NCBI GenBank assembly: GCA_965226885.1
Contig: CBDDEL010000017.1
Location: 831,739-895,738 of the forward strand
Length of the DNA: 64,000 nt
Source: Opitutales bacterium
GTDB taxonomy: Bacteria > Verrucomicrobiota > Verrucomicrobiia > Opitutales > UBA2987
Direction of reading: 5' to 3'
Numbering within the stretch: the first letter of the stretch is position 1; each line of letters begins with the position of its first letter. Below the pieces are notes generated by a model, which worked only from the letters and a program-made list of their open reading frames with translations, was not told where the DNA came from and did not search any database. Of this stretch, positions 42,381 through 54,872 are shown in pieces. A program made the translations under genes and the position numbers.

Positions 42381-44465
42381 GAGGCTGTCCCAAAGTTATA
42401 ACCATTTGTTTTACAGTAAGTTAACTTGTTAATAAAGCTGTCATAAAGACCGTTTTTAGGGGATTTTGGGCAAATTCGATGTCTATAACACCGTCAGCCT
42501 TTCTCTTGTTTTGCATATTCAAATACAATTCTACCATAGACCTCTGTCTGACGCGATTATATTTATAACGAATAGAGGCCTTATACAGCGTTTTTGACGG
42601 AATTGAATGACTTACGTTCCCTGACAGTTCGGAGTCGAATATCTCAATTCCCAAAAATATAAAGATTTTGTAGTCAACTGGATGACGTTTATAAAAATAG
42701 CCGGAAAGAGCATTTTTTTGCTCGATCCGGCTAAAAAAGGGTTCTATAATTGCGTTAGCGAAAATCAATATAGCCCTTTCTATGAAAAATATAGCCATCC
42801 AATGCCTCCTGCGTCCAGCTTTAACTGTGGTCGACCGTTGCCTCGATTACGATAACTTTCGCGCCACCATCGAGCGTATCGACCGGCTGCTGATCGATTC
42901 GGAGGTGGAATCGCAGGGCGTTGATCTGGCCTTGGAAAGAGGCCAGCCAATGAGTGTAAAGGCCCGGCAAAAGCGGGCTAATTTTGCCCTCAAGGCGTTG
43001 CGTATGGAAACGCTGCGTTATCTGCTCGGTGGGATTTCGTTTCGGCATTTGTCGAGGGCTCTGGGCAGCAGCGATCTGTTGGCTGACTTTTGTCGTGTCC
43101 GCCATATCGACGGCATAAGGGGCATCTCCAAGAGCACCCTGGAACGGGCCTCGAAGTTTTTCAGCGAAGAGCAGTTGAGGGCCTTGCACCGGACCTTGAC
43201 TGAGGTTGTGGGCGATGCCGATCTGGCCCGGCAGGTGGTGGGATTGGACAAGCCGATAGACACCACCATTTGCCTGATCGACGGCACCTGTTTGGAGGTC
43301 AACATTCATTGGCCGACGGACTGGGTGCTGCTCAAGGATGTAGCGGGCACGCTGCTCAAAGCGATCCGGCTGATCCGTGAGAAGGCCGGTTTGCGCCATC
43401 GCATGCCGATCGAACCGGAGCCCTTGGCTCGGCAGATGAATCGGCTGTGCATACAGATGACCCACAGCCGGCGGCGAAAGGACAGCGCGCGGCAACGCAA
43501 GGGTATCTTGAGGCAGATGAAAAAGCTGCTCAAACGGATCGGGGAGCATGCCCGCAGTCACCGGGAATTATTGCAAGCCTGCTGGGAGCAAAGCGATTAC
43601 AGCGAAAAACAGGTCCAACAGATCCTTACCCGGATGGAGCGCATGAGCGAGCTAATCCCGGTGGTCATCAAGCAAGCGCACGAGCGAATCATTGGCGGCC
43701 GCCAGGTGAAAAACGCAGAGAAAGTTTTGAGTGTTTACGAACCCGATGCGCAGGTGATTGTGCGAGGCAAAGCGGGCCAAGAGGTTGAGTTTGGCAACAC
43801 CCTGTTTTTGGGTGAAAGCGTTGAAGGATACCTGCTGGACTGGAAACTCTACGGCAGCCGGACGCCAAGCGAAAATGAACAAATGCAAGAGAGTTTGCAA
43901 AGACAGAACCGCTTCAACCTAGCCGAACCCATAGCGGCCATGTGCGCGGACCGGGGATTCGCCTCCCAGCGGGCCCGCCGGCAGTTAGCCCAGGAGGGCA
44001 TCTACGATGCGCTCTGTCCACGCGATCCGAAGCAGTTGAAAAAACGGATGGGGGAACCACACTTCAGGCAATTGCAAAAGCGCCGGGCCAGCACCGAAGG
44101 GCGGATCGGGGTATTGAAGAATCGCTGGCAGGCCGGGCGATTGCGCAGCAAAGGCTTTGCCAACCGCTCGATCAGCGTAGCCTGGTCGGTCCTCTCGCAC
44201 AATCTATGGAAAGTGGCCAAGATGCTGGCCCAGCAAGATGAACTAAAAACCAAAGCGGCGGCCTAAATAAAGAGCGGAAAAGCAAGGACAATACTTTTTC
44301 ACAGGCGTACTGTCGGCCCATACAAAGAAAATCAGGCAAACGGACCCCAAAACCAGAATCCTAACGTCATAGGAGAGCAAAGTCACCCCCTCCCAAAAGA
44401 AAATACCACTAAAATGAACACTCTTCAAAATCCCCTCGCAAAAATCACCCTTTTGGGACAGCCTC
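42381..44465 (+). mobile_element. Fused MITE + 1824-bp IS composite (transposase 42782..44266)
   Basis: MITE left part joined at about 42650 to an IS lacking its first bases; whole unit flanked by TSD TATTTA. Confidence 0.88.
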
Positions 44466-44527
44466 TATTTACGGTCAACACCCATCCGTGTTGATCCGTG
44501 CGATCCGTGGTTCCTACGATATTGGGA

Positions 44528-46297
44528 CTACCTGGCCGGGACCAGGCTTGCCCCTGCCAGCACGATCCCCACCGGTGCCTTGGGATTGATCTTCAGCGCC
44601 CGCACCTTCAGCTCATGTTCACCGGTGGAGTCGAGCGCAACCACACCAAGATCGGTAACCGACTCCTTGAAGTATCGCGTGCGCACACTCTCCACCAGGT
44701 TGCTTTTGGTCAGCGTTCCGGTGAACTTGCTCTTACCGACCGTCGCTTGCACCCGATGGCCCGAAACCAGCGTTCGTGATCCACGAGAGGTTCCCAGGAT
44801 CACCTGCACTCGGAACCGACCTGGGGTAATCGTCCGGAATTTCCAGCTCACCCAGTTCTGCTTGTTGGTCCAGTGCTCGATCGCCCCGCTTTGTCCCAAA
44901 ATTGCCGGTGCGTTCCTGGAGGCGTTATGAATTTCTGCCAAGTGCGCCGGTAGTTCAACGGTTCCACCCGGTTGCTGTAGGGGAGTCTGCACCGCGTCCG
45001 ACTTTCCGCTGAGCGTTAGTTCAATCACCGTTACATGCTTGTCCGGGCGTTTAGTGGGCAGTTTCAGGACCAGTTCGTGAGTATCGAGAGCAGCATCGTG
45101 CGACTGCGACATCGCGACATCAGCATCGGGATTGGCCAGCAGCCGCGCCTTGCGCACCTTGTTGCGCAACCCGACCAGTCGAAACCGTCCGCGCGGCCAA
45201 TCGAAGAAGTGGAGGTACAGTCGGGATCCTTTGCGGGTCATGCGTCCCCATGAGAATTCATAGGGAAACGGGCTCGCCTCGGAACCATAGATCGCGGCTC
45301 CGTTAGTCGACAGCCACTGACCGATCGCCTCGAGGCGCGTGACGCTGGGTTTGGGTATGATGCCCTCCGCCGTCGGCCCGACATTGAGCATATAGTTGAT
45401 CCCTTTGCTCGCAAGATCGACCAGCAACCTAAGCAGTATTCTATCGGATTTCCACTCTCTGTCGTCTGTTTTGAAGGCCCAGGTATCGTTGAGGGTGGCC
45501 GGAGTTTCCCACGCTTCACCTGAGGGAACCGGTCCGCGCGGTATCTGGTTGTCTCCCAGGCTTCCGTAATCACCGATATCGTTACCAATCCTCCCGCTGA
45601 CGATGCACTTGGGTTGTATGGAATGCACGAACCTCTGGAGGTCACGACTCTCCCGGAGGGTCATATCCTGCGGCGTGTCGAACCAGATGATGCCGATGGG
45701 TCCGTACTGGGTAAGCAACTCCTTGAGCTGCGGCTTCACTTTCCTCCGAAGGTAGCGGCCGAATTCGCGGCGCGTGGGCGGCGTGTAGTCCCACGTGTTC
45801 CCGGCTGCATCCCGCTCGTACCAATCCTGCGTCTGGCTGTAATAGAAACAGAGCTTGATGCGGAACTTCCTGCATGCCTTGGCCAGGGTCGTCATGGGAT
45901 CCTTGCCGAAGGGGGTGACGTCGACGATGTCGAACTCCGTGCACGGCGAGTCGAACATGGCAAAGCCGTCGTGGTGTTTAGCGGTGATTGTGAGGTACTT
46001 CATGCCCGCGCGCCTGGCCAGGCCTACCCATTGGTCGGCATTGAACTTCACCGGGTTGAACTGCCCGGCGAGTTTTGCGTACTCCTTGGCCGGTATCCTC
46101 GCCGAGTGCATGATCCACTCGCCGATCCGGGAATAATATTTCCCTTTCCAGCGTCCCGCCGGGATGGCATAGAGCCCCCAGTGAATAAACATCCCGAATC
46201 GGGCTTCCCTCCACCATTTGAGCCGCTTCTGCGCTTCCGCCTCGTTTTTCTTGCTCGGCCCCATGGCCCCTCTCGGTTGTGCTTTCTTCGTCGCCAT
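44528..46297 (-). CDS. Alpha-L-fucosidase (GH29) with C-terminal carbohydrate-binding-like domain
   Basis: WWREARFGMFIHWGLY, TAKHHDGF, IIWFD, LNVGP. Confidence 0.92.
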   Translation of the reverse strand: MATKKAQPRGAMGPSKKNEAEAQKRLKWWREARFGMFIHWGLYAIPAGRWKGKYYSRIGEWIMHSARIPAKEYAKLAGQFNPVKFNADQWVGLARRAGMKYLTITAKHHDGFAMFDSPCTEFDIVDVTPFGKDPMTTLAKACRKFRIKLCFYYSQTQDWYERDAAGNTWDYTPPTRREFGRYLRRKVKPQLKELLTQYGPIGIIWFDTPQDMTLRESRDLQRFVHSIQPKCIVSGRIGNDIGDYGSLGDNQIPRGPVPSGEAWETPATLNDTWAFKTDDREWKSDRILLRLLVDLASKGINYMLNVGPTAEGIIPKPSVTRLEAIGQWLSTNGAAIYGSEASPFPYEFSWGRMTRKGSRLYLHFFDWPRGRFRLVGLRNKVRKARLLANPDADVAMSQSHDAALDTHELVLKLPTKRPDKHVTVIELTLSGKSDAVQTPLQQPGGTVELPAHLAEIHNASRNAPAILGQSGAIEHWTNKQNWVSWKFRTITPGRFRVQVILGTSRGSRTLVSGHRVQATVGKSKFTGTLTKSNLVESVRTRYFKESVTDLGVVALDSTGEHELKVRALKINPKAPVGIVLAGASLVPAR

Positions 46298-46440
46298 AAT
46301 GACATCTCCTCTCCAAGTCGCTATCGCTATCGTTGTCGCTCTGATGATCGTTGTCGAACTCGAACACCAGCGGGATTTATTCAGGAGGCACGGATTCTAT
46401 TGCTAAGATTCGTCGCTTCGCTTCGAGAATAACGGGGAGG

Positions 46441-47905
46441 TGATCGGAACCCATCTTTGCTACCACTTTAAGTGAGAGTATTTCCGTAGGTTTTGTATTG
46501 TAGGCTATGCAGCGGGTGGCGGAATTAGGCCGTAGGCCGAATGGAGCCAGCCGCTGCTTTGTTGATTGTTCGCCAGAGTCTGGCAAATGTATTTGGGGAG
46601 AGAAAGCCTAATCGGCTGTGGGGGTGTTACGCGTTGTATTTGTGTCGCCATCGTTCAATCACTACACGCGCTTCGGTCACGCTCAGGAACAGTTTCTGAT
46701 TGAGGCATTCATCGCGCAGGCGGTTATGAAAGGATTCGATGTGGCCATTTTGCCATGGGCTTCCCGGATCAATGTATACGATATCGATCTTCTGTCGCTG
46801 CAGTTCTTCTTTAACCTGGTGGGCTATAAACTCTGATCCGTTGTCCGAGCGGATGCACTGGGGTTTACCGTTTTCCTGTATGGCTTCATTCAATACCTCC
46901 ACCACATCGGCACTTTTCAGTGAACGCGCAATCTTAATGGCCAGGCATTGTCGGGTATGTTCGTCGATCAATGTCAAGAGCCTGAGCGGACCACCCCGGT
47001 CAGTGCGATCGGCCACGAAGTCCCAACTCCACACATGGTTGGGCTGCACGGCCCGTGTAGGGAAAGCCGTAGAGTGGCCCTGCCGGCGACGGCGCTTGCC
47101 AGGCGACCGCACACCCAGTACTTCGACACGCCGCACTTTCTGGATAAATTTGCGACTCATGGACCAACAAAGCGCGGATTCGCCGATAGCCATAGCGAGG
47201 ATGCTTCTTCGAAAAGGCAATGATGCGTGCCACCAGCTTATGCCTATACTTAGTAGCTTCTTTGGGTTCATACTGGTAGGTTGAGCGGTGCAACCCAAAA
47301 TACTTACAGGCCCGACGCAGCGAGCACGACCCTTGGGCCAATACATGCTTCACCGCTTCCTTTTTCTGCTTCGGGCCTACCATTTTTTTTCGTTCACCTC
47401 CTTGAGCACACGGTTTTCCAGCATCTGCTCGGCTACTATCTTCTTAAGCTGCGTGTTCTCCCGCTCCAGCTCCTTTAGCCGCTTGGCGTCACGTAATTTC
47501 ATGCGGCCATACTTTTTACGCCAGCGATGGTAGCTTTGTGGGCTGATATTGTGAGACCGACAAACATCCTGGATGCCTTTGCCTGAGTCTACCCCATTGT
47601 TTCATAAATATTGAGTAAAAACCTTCTGAATGCGGCATAAACAACCATAATAACGCTCTATCAATCCATTTTTGTATCTTCACTTTTTGTGAAGTTCAGC
47701 AATATACCTTTTTTGCACGTTAGTCCCTTTGTTTATGCGGATCACAGTCTTGAATCTGATTGAATTTATGAAACAATGGGGTCTACTTCGCGCAGTATCG
47801 TTATGATTTGTTCTGGTGTGTATCTTTTTTGCTTCATATGTCTTTCCGGTAATTTTCCCAGAAAGACTCTCACTGGCAATAGTAGTGTTTTCGGCGGTCA
47901 CATCA
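46441..47905 (-). mobile_element. Degenerate IS3 (IS407-like) element, relative of 9468..10752
   Basis: Same TIR type; TSD AGG; frameshifted orfB; orfA interrupted. Confidence 0.85.
47593..47780. mobile_element. 188-bp MITE inserted in IS3 orfA
   Basis: 17-bp TIR CCCATTGTTTCATAAAT; TSD GTCTAC. Confidence 0.85.
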
Positions 47906-48170
47906 AGGAACGCGTTTTTTTTGTCTAAAAAATTAATCACCAACCAAAGAAAATAACATGAATGATAGTCATATTGAAAGGGGCGGGTTAAAAGTGATCC
48001 ACTATGGGCGGTTTAGATTTGACCCACTTGAGGGGCTGTTTGGCTGCTGGCTGTGGAGCGGAGGCCGGAGGCCGAAGCGGAGCAGCCAGCAGCCAGCAAC
48101 CGGCGGGTTGGATAATCTTCTCAAACCAGCTATGCGGTGGTCTTTTGAACTTTTTCAAAGGATCGCCGCG

Positions 48171-49391
48171 ATGCTCAATCTGGATCAACACATGGATATT
48201 CGTCTGTTACATAAACAAGGTCACTCGATTCGCGCCATTGCGCGGATGACGGGCCATTCTCGAAACACCGTGCGCAAGGTTCTGGCGGCAAAGGGGCCGC
48301 CGGTCTTCCAAACGTCCAAGCGCAAAAGCAAACTCGATCCCTTCAAGGACTATCTGCGGGGCCGGATCGAGCAATGCAATCTGTCCGGGAGACGGCTTTT
48401 CGATGAGATTAGCGCCATGGGTTTCGACGGAAGCTACACCATCGTCAAGGACTTCGCGCGCACGTTGCGGCCTCGCCATAGCGGGAAGCTGACCGTGCGC
48501 TTCGAGACCCCGCCCGGGGAGCAGTCCCAGTGTGACTGGAGCCACTGCGGCCGTTACGAGGATACCGGGGGTCGCCGCCACAGCATCTATGCCTTTATTC
48601 TGGTGCTCGCTTACTCGCGCTTCATGTATGTGTGTTTTACCACCCGGATGCACTTGAAAACGCTGGTGCGCTGTCATCAGCAGGCTTTTGCCTATTGCGG
48701 TGGATGGACCCGTTCGATCCTCTATGACAACATGAAGCAGGTGCGCCTGGACTGGCATAGCTGGAACCCTCAGTTCATGGATTTTGCCGACTATTACGGT
48801 TTCATCTCCAAGACCCACCGACCGTATCGGCCCCGGACCAAGGGCAAGGTCGAGCGGATGGTCCATTACGTGAAGGATAATTGGCTCAACGGGCGCTCCT
48901 TCGCCGATCTCGAAGATCTCAACAGGCAAACGCGCACCTGGCTGGAGTAAACCGCCAACTGCCGGGTGCATCAAACCACCGGCCAGCGCCCCTGTGATCT
49001 GCTCAAGCACGAACAGTTGAGCGGGCTCGATTTGATCCGTCCCTACCAGTGGATAGATCGGGAGCCGCGCGTGGTCATTTCCGAGGCCATGGTCTTGTAT
49101 CACAAGAGCCACTACTCGGTTCCAGCCATTGCCGTCGGGCAGAAGGTGGTGGTCGAGGCCCAGGGGCAGCGTATTGCCATCCGTTTGGCAGATACCATCA
49201 TCGCCGAACACCGCAGGGCCGAAAAGCAAGGTCAGCGCATCGAACTCGAAGCCCACACCCGCGAGCGCTGGGACAGTGTCTTAACCGAGGCGGCCCAGGC
49301 CCGCACGGCATCTCCCACCTGGTACATCGGCCGGGCAGCGCCCTCGGTGCAGACCCGCCCCCTGACCCAATACGAGGAGGTGGCTCCATGA
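48171..49391 (+). pseudogene. istA: IS21 transposase IstA with in-frame TAA at 48948-48950
   Basis: RFETPPGEQSQCDW, YDNMK, RPRTKGKVER; the frame continues after the stop. Confidence 0.85.
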
Positions 49392-50182
49392 GCATCCTCT
49401 ACGAAGCCAAGGCGGCCGAAGCGCTGGGCGAACTGGGGCTCGCCACCGCCGCCGATCAACTCGACAGCATCGCCCAGCAAGCCGCCGCCTCAAAGTGGTC
49501 CTATTCGCACTTCCTGGGCTACCTGCTCTCGGGCGAACTGTCCAGCCGCCAGCAACGCACTATGGTCATGAACACGCGCTTTGCCCACTTCCCCTATCGC
49601 AAGCGCCTGGAAGACTTTGATTTTAAGGCCCAACCCTCGGTCGATCCCAAACTTATCGAGGAACTCTCCACCCTGCGCTTCCTCGCCGAAGGGCGCAACG
49701 TGGTCCTGCTGGGACCGCCAGGGGTGGGCAAAACGCACCTGGCCATCGCTCTGGCCGTCAAGGTCATCGAGGCTGGCAACCGCGTCTACTTTATCAACGC
49801 CATGGACATTGCCCGCAAACTGGCCGAAGCGACCGAGCGAAACCACCTGCCCAGACTGATCCGAAACCTGACCAAGATTCGTCTGCTCATCCTCGATGAA
49901 ATCGGTTACCTCGAACTATCCAAAGCACAGGTCAATCTGCTCTTTCAGATTATCTCCCTTCGCTACGAAGCCCATTTGCCCATCGTCCTGACTTCCAACA
50001 AGGCCTTCGGCGACTGGGCCAGCGTCTTCGCCGGCGATCCGGTCATGGCCTCTGCCGCTCTGGACCGGCTCCTGCACAAATCAACCATTATCAACATCCG
50101 AGGAGATTCCTACAGGCTCAAAGAAAAACGCCTGGCCGGACTCTCCACCACCATCAACCCCCAAACCTTAACCCATTCCTGA
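49388..50182 (+). CDS. istB: IS21 helper ATPase IstB
   Basis: GPPGVGKTHLA, LILDEIGY, LTSNK, LDRLLH, GDSYR. Confidence 0.92.
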   Translation: MSILYEAKAAEALGELGLATAADQLDSIAQQAAASKWSYSHFLGYLLSGELSSRQQRTMVMNTRFAHFPYRKRLEDFDFKAQPSVDPKLIEELSTLRFLAEGRNVVLLGPPGVGKTHLAIALAVKVIEAGNRVYFINAMDIARKLAEATERNHLPRLIRNLTKIRLLILDEIGYLELSKAQVNLLFQIISLRYEAHLPIVLTSNKAFGDWASVFAGDPVMASAALDRLLHKSTIINIRGDSYRLKEKRLAGLSTTINPQTLTHS

Positions 50183-50465
50183 CTGATGCCTTTTTTTCCC
50201 TCAAGTGGGTCATTTTTGTTCCGCCCAAAGTGGATCACTTTTAAACCGCCCTTGACAATATACTCGATGTGCTCACCCGTGAGGGTGTGCTTCTTAACGT
50301 CTCGGTTCGCTACTGGCGGGCCACGAAAAAGCTCAAGCCGGAAGACTTGGGCTTGAACCCCGATAATGTCTCAAACCGTTTGATCAGTCTGGGACATAAG
50401 AAACTGCTGCCCAAGGACCGCCTCAAAGAGTTTGCGCGCATCGAAAGCAGGGCGCATGCGCTGGT

Positions 50466-50929
50466 ATACCATCCGGTGGAAAATCGAAGTCTATCACAAA
50501 GTGCTCAAAAGCGGCTGTCGCACGGAAGATCGACAACTCAAAAGCCGCGCCCAACTGAAAGCGTGCCTGGCGATCGACATGGTGGTGGCGTGGCGCATCT
50601 ACTATCTGACGCATCGCAGCCGCCACGAGCCGCACCAACCCTGTAGCGTAAACTTCGAAGAGCATGAATGGAAGGCGCTGTATTTTTTCGTCCATCGCAC
50701 ACCGCAAGTACCCCAAAAGGCTCCACCCTTACGGGAGGCGGTACGGATGGTGGCGCAACTGGGAGGCTTCCTGGGGCGAAAGTGCGATGGAGAACCGGGA
50801 CCGCAGACATTATGGCGAGGGTTGCAGCGACTCAAAGACATTGCAAACTGCTATAAGATCATGACTTCAGGTGAACCGAGCTTTAATTTGATATCACTCA
50901 TGGTGTTACCCTATAGGGAGTTTTCGTGA
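50466..50929 (+). pseudogene. IS4 (IS50-like) transposase C-terminal fragment
   Basis: YTIRWKIEVYHKVLKSGC, LGGFLGRKCDGEPG..TLWRG. Confidence 0.8.
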
Positions 50930-51240
50930 GATTGCGCATTGAATTGTCTTAAACCGGTTCCTCTGCCACACCGAGAGACTCCGACCAGCCAAACCAAGCT
51001 GGGTTCATTCCCCGTTTGTGGTGGTCTGCACCATCGGTACGAGCGGTTAGCCGCGTAGGATCTCAGACCTCAAGCCAGGCTGTTCTCAACGTCGCGACCA
51101 TTCTACCCCGTGCCGACGCTTCCGACCCGATAGCCCGGCCCTCTCCGGCCTCGACAGGCTAAGGTTCTAATCGAATGGATTCCCCGGGAGATCCGAGATT
51201 CGGGGCTCCTGCTCGGACGAGGCTTTTCGGGGAGACAACC

Positions 51241-52722
51241 TTACGACCCATAAAAATTCGGATACTCCGGCGCGATATGCAGGATCTGGTTTTTCACCTT
51301 CATATATTCGCGGATCCCCATCGTGCCGTACTCGCGTCCCATACCACTGTTTTTGTTGCCACCGAACGGCGCTTCCATGGTAGACATGATGTTGGTATTC
51401 ATCCAAACTGTGCCAGCGTCGAGTTTGCGAGCGGCCTTGAACAGCGTCTTCGGATTATTGCTCCAGATGGCTGCACCGAGCCCGAAAGGAGAATCGTTGG
51501 CCATGAGAAGAGCTTCATCAAGATCCCGATACCTGAGCACCGATAATACCGGGCCGAATATCTCTTCCTGGACACAAGTCATTTTATTGTCGTTTACCTC
51601 GAGGACAGTCGGTCGATAGAACCAGCCACGGTCACAGGGCGGTTCGGTAATTTTCTCGCCGCCGATCAGTAGCTAGGCGCCGTCATCGGTTGCCTGCTTC
51701 ACGTAGCGATCAACTCGTTCGAGCTGCTCGGGATTCATCATCGCACCAAACTGCGTATCGGGATCCATCGGATCGCCAATCCTGATTTTCTCGACGCGAT
51801 CCAATATCAGCTTAATAAAATCGTCATAGATATCGTTATGCAAGTATAGACGGCTCGATGCACAACAGACCTGTCCCTGGGCCAGACAGAAACCGACCAG
51901 GACCGAATTCACAGCCCCATCGAGGTCACAGTCCGGTTCAGCGATCAAGGGACCTTTGCCGCCGAGCTCGAGGATCATCTTTTTGATGATTGGAGAACGT
52001 GCCGAGGCTTCCATGATCCGTCGTCCCACCGCTTCGCTGCCGGTAAATGCGATCATGTGCACGTCAGGATGAGATACGAGCGCCGAACCCGGTTCGGCAC
52101 CCCCATGAACGATATTGATCACGCCCGGCGGGAAGCCTGCCTCAGAGAATATCTCACCCATCAATCCAGACGTCATGGGAGTCATCGGTGATGTTTTCGC
52201 CACAACAGAATTGCCGGCCGCAAGTGCCGGACAGGTTGATCGCGTAAACAGATGCAACGGAAAATTCCAGGGTGTGATCACCGCAACGACTCCGTGCGGT
52301 TCGTAGGTCTGAAAATCGAAGACCTGTTTACCGGGCACGGGAATCACTTCACCTTTAATCTCGCGGGAGATATTGCCGAAATATTCGAGGGCCCGGGCTG
52401 AATACGGAATATCGATGAGCTTGGTTTCCCGGATTGGCTTGCCGCTGTCGAGACATTCCCATTCGGCGAATTCATCGGCGCGGCGTCTGAGAATTTCTGC
52501 TGCCCTCAACAGGTACCCGGCCCGCTCATCCGGCTCGATTTCGGACCAGACACCCGATTCAAAGGCGGCCTGGGCCGCAGCAACCGCCCGGTTCACGTCA
52601 TCGGCCGTTGCTTCGGCAACCTTGGCGACTAGCTCCTTCGTAGCCGGATTGACGGTTTCAAAAGTCGCACCACTGCTCGAATTACAGAATTGGTTGTTGA
52701 TGAATAACTGAAGGTCTTTCAT
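51241..52722 (-). pseudogene. NAD-dependent aldehyde dehydrogenase with in-frame TAG at 51673-51675
   Basis: PWNFP, FTGS, ELGGK, GQVC, EEIFGPV, PFGG; both halves share one frame. Confidence 0.88.
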
Positions 52723-53515
52723 CCGAGATTTCCCATATGAACATTCATAATCATTGAAAATAACTACTTTCTAATATTTCGATCCAATTATCTACTTTCA
52801 TTGTGATTTGGCAATCCTTTCCTTGGTTATTTGATGATCAAATCGGTAGTATTTAACAATTATTGCTGATTTTCCTTTTGTTCGGTCAAACATGGGAAAG
52901 GTCTTTCCTTCTGTTGGAGGTTTCCACAGCACTGGTTCCTTTTGTATCGAAAAATCTTCTTACTCACCCCGTATCAGGTGCGAGTCGCAGTCGCTCTACT
53001 CGCTTCAGCATGGTTCGAAACATTTCTCTTGGGATGGCCACCTCAGCCATCTGGAAAGTGATATACTTGGCATGGTGGACCACCTTTGCTCCGATTTTGA
53101 TGAGTATCTTCCGCAAAGAGCTCAGCATCCAGTGCTTCACCTTTGGGGGAAGGATCAACCGGCGCATGAAGTTACCCAGATTGTAGGCTAAGCCGAAGAG
53201 TTGAAGCCGAACGGCGTTGTCCTCAAAGTCATGGCAGGACAAGCGGGTCCAGTGAATGGCGTGTTTGCCCTCTTTGATCCACTGCTCTGCGGTGCCCCGG
53301 TGGTTGTAAAATTTCACTACCTTCCTGGGTGGCCAGTTCAGATTTGTCACGATGAAACCGACTCGTGCAAATAACTCTCCGGCCTGCCACTCGACCTTGG
53401 CCACCACCCGGCGAGGTCTTTGCCAACTGGCGGCTTGATACGGAAAACTGGCATAAAACACCTTGGGTGCCCGCGAGGGTCGCCCCACTGGCCGAGTGAG
53501 TAAAGGGGCGATATG

Positions 53516-54872
53516 TGAAGTGGACGGGGTTGTTTGGACAATTTTGACGTGGGATTAAGGTGGAAATCGTGTTCATATTATTTTTTAAAAATATATTTTG
53601 TCCTTAGCCAAAGACGGGCACGCAGGTGCCCGCAAGCTGTATTGGCGGGGAGGTTGGTTTTGCTCCGATTGCATGGACTTCGGCCGGGGTCCGGTAGCCC
53701 AGGGCTTGGTGGGGGCGCAGGTGGTTGTAGAAGTCCAGGTAGCGGGCTATCCCTTCGCTGGCTTCCTTTGCCGTGGCGTATTCGCGCAGGTAAATGTCTT
53801 CATACTTGAGGGTTCTCCAAAAGCGTTCAACAAATATGTTGTCCAGGTAGCGGCCACGCCCGTCCATGCTGATGCGCACCCCGGCTTGCCCCAGCACCGA
53901 GGTGAACTCGCTGCCGGTAAACTGGCTGCCTTGATCGGTGTTGAAGATTTGAGGTTGGGCCCGCCTCAGAGCTTCCTCCAGGGCGAGCACACAGAAGCGG
54001 CTCTCCAGGGTGTTGGAAAGCTGCCAGCTCAACACGTAGCGGCTGAACCAGTCCAACACGTAGCGGCTGAACCAGTCCAACACCACGGTCAAGAAAAGGA
54101 ATCCTCGGCTCAGCCGCAGGTAAGTGATGTCGCTGCACCATACCTGGTCGGGCCGCTCGACCGCCAAACCCCGCAGCAGATAAGGGAAAATGCGGTGCTG
54201 CCGGTGCCCCTGGCTCAAGTTTCGACGCGGATAAATAGCCTCCAGGCCCATTTGGCGCATGAGCCGCTGGATGCGGCCTCGTCCCACTGCATGGCCCTCT
54301 CGACGCAGCCACTGGGTCATCCGGCGAGAACCAAAAAACGGATATTGGGTGTAGAGCTCATCCATGCGATGCATGTAGAGAACGTTCTGCTCGCACTGGG
54401 CACGGGCCCGATAGTAATAGCTGCCGCGGGCCAGCCCCAGCAACTGACATTGCCTGCCGATACTGATTTTTCCTTGAAGTGGTTGCACCATCTTGCGCCT
54501 CTCACCAACCGAGTTGTTCAGACTTTTTTTTTAGCCAATCGCATTCTACTTTCAGCTTTCCAATCTCCTGGTAAAGGTGATCTTTTTCCGTCTCGTTGTC
54601 CTTGCTGAGAGTCTGCCGCTGGCGCGAAAACAGCTCCGTTGCTCCCTGCAAAAGCTGCTTCTTCCATTGGGTCACCTGGTTGGGATGCACCTCAAAACGA
54701 CCGGCGATCTCGTTGATGGTATGAGCGCCCCTGATGGCTTCCAGGGCCACCCGGGCTTTAAACTCAGCACTGTATTGTCTTCTCTTTCGTGATTTAATAA
54801 CATTCATAGGTTAGCGGATTTAGTGGTTCAAGACCACCTTATTCCACTGTCCAGTTTTCCCCGTCCATTTCA
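53516..54872 (-). mobile_element. IS3-family element (orfA 54502..54807, orfB 53604..54491)
   Basis: TIR TGAA(G/A)TGGACGGGG; TSD ATG; A-run slippery site; WCSDITY, TDQGSQF, DNIFVERFWR. Confidence 0.9.

Larger units (their letters stand above)
47975..50257 (+). mobile_element. IS21-family element
   Basis: TG...CA ends with repeated GGGCGG/GATCCAC motifs; TSD ATAT; istA-istB. Confidence 0.9.
47958..50465 (+). pseudogene. DUF3150-like protein, split by IS21 and 3' truncated
   Basis: Removing IS21 gives MNDSHILDVLTREGVLLNVSVRYWRATKKLKPEDLGL...SLGHKKLLP. Confidence 0.65.

Noticed and set aside
47958..48170. N-terminal extension of the 330-aa istA ORF
   Set aside because: Read-through from the interrupted DUF3150-like start across the IS21 left end; istA most likely starts at 48171.
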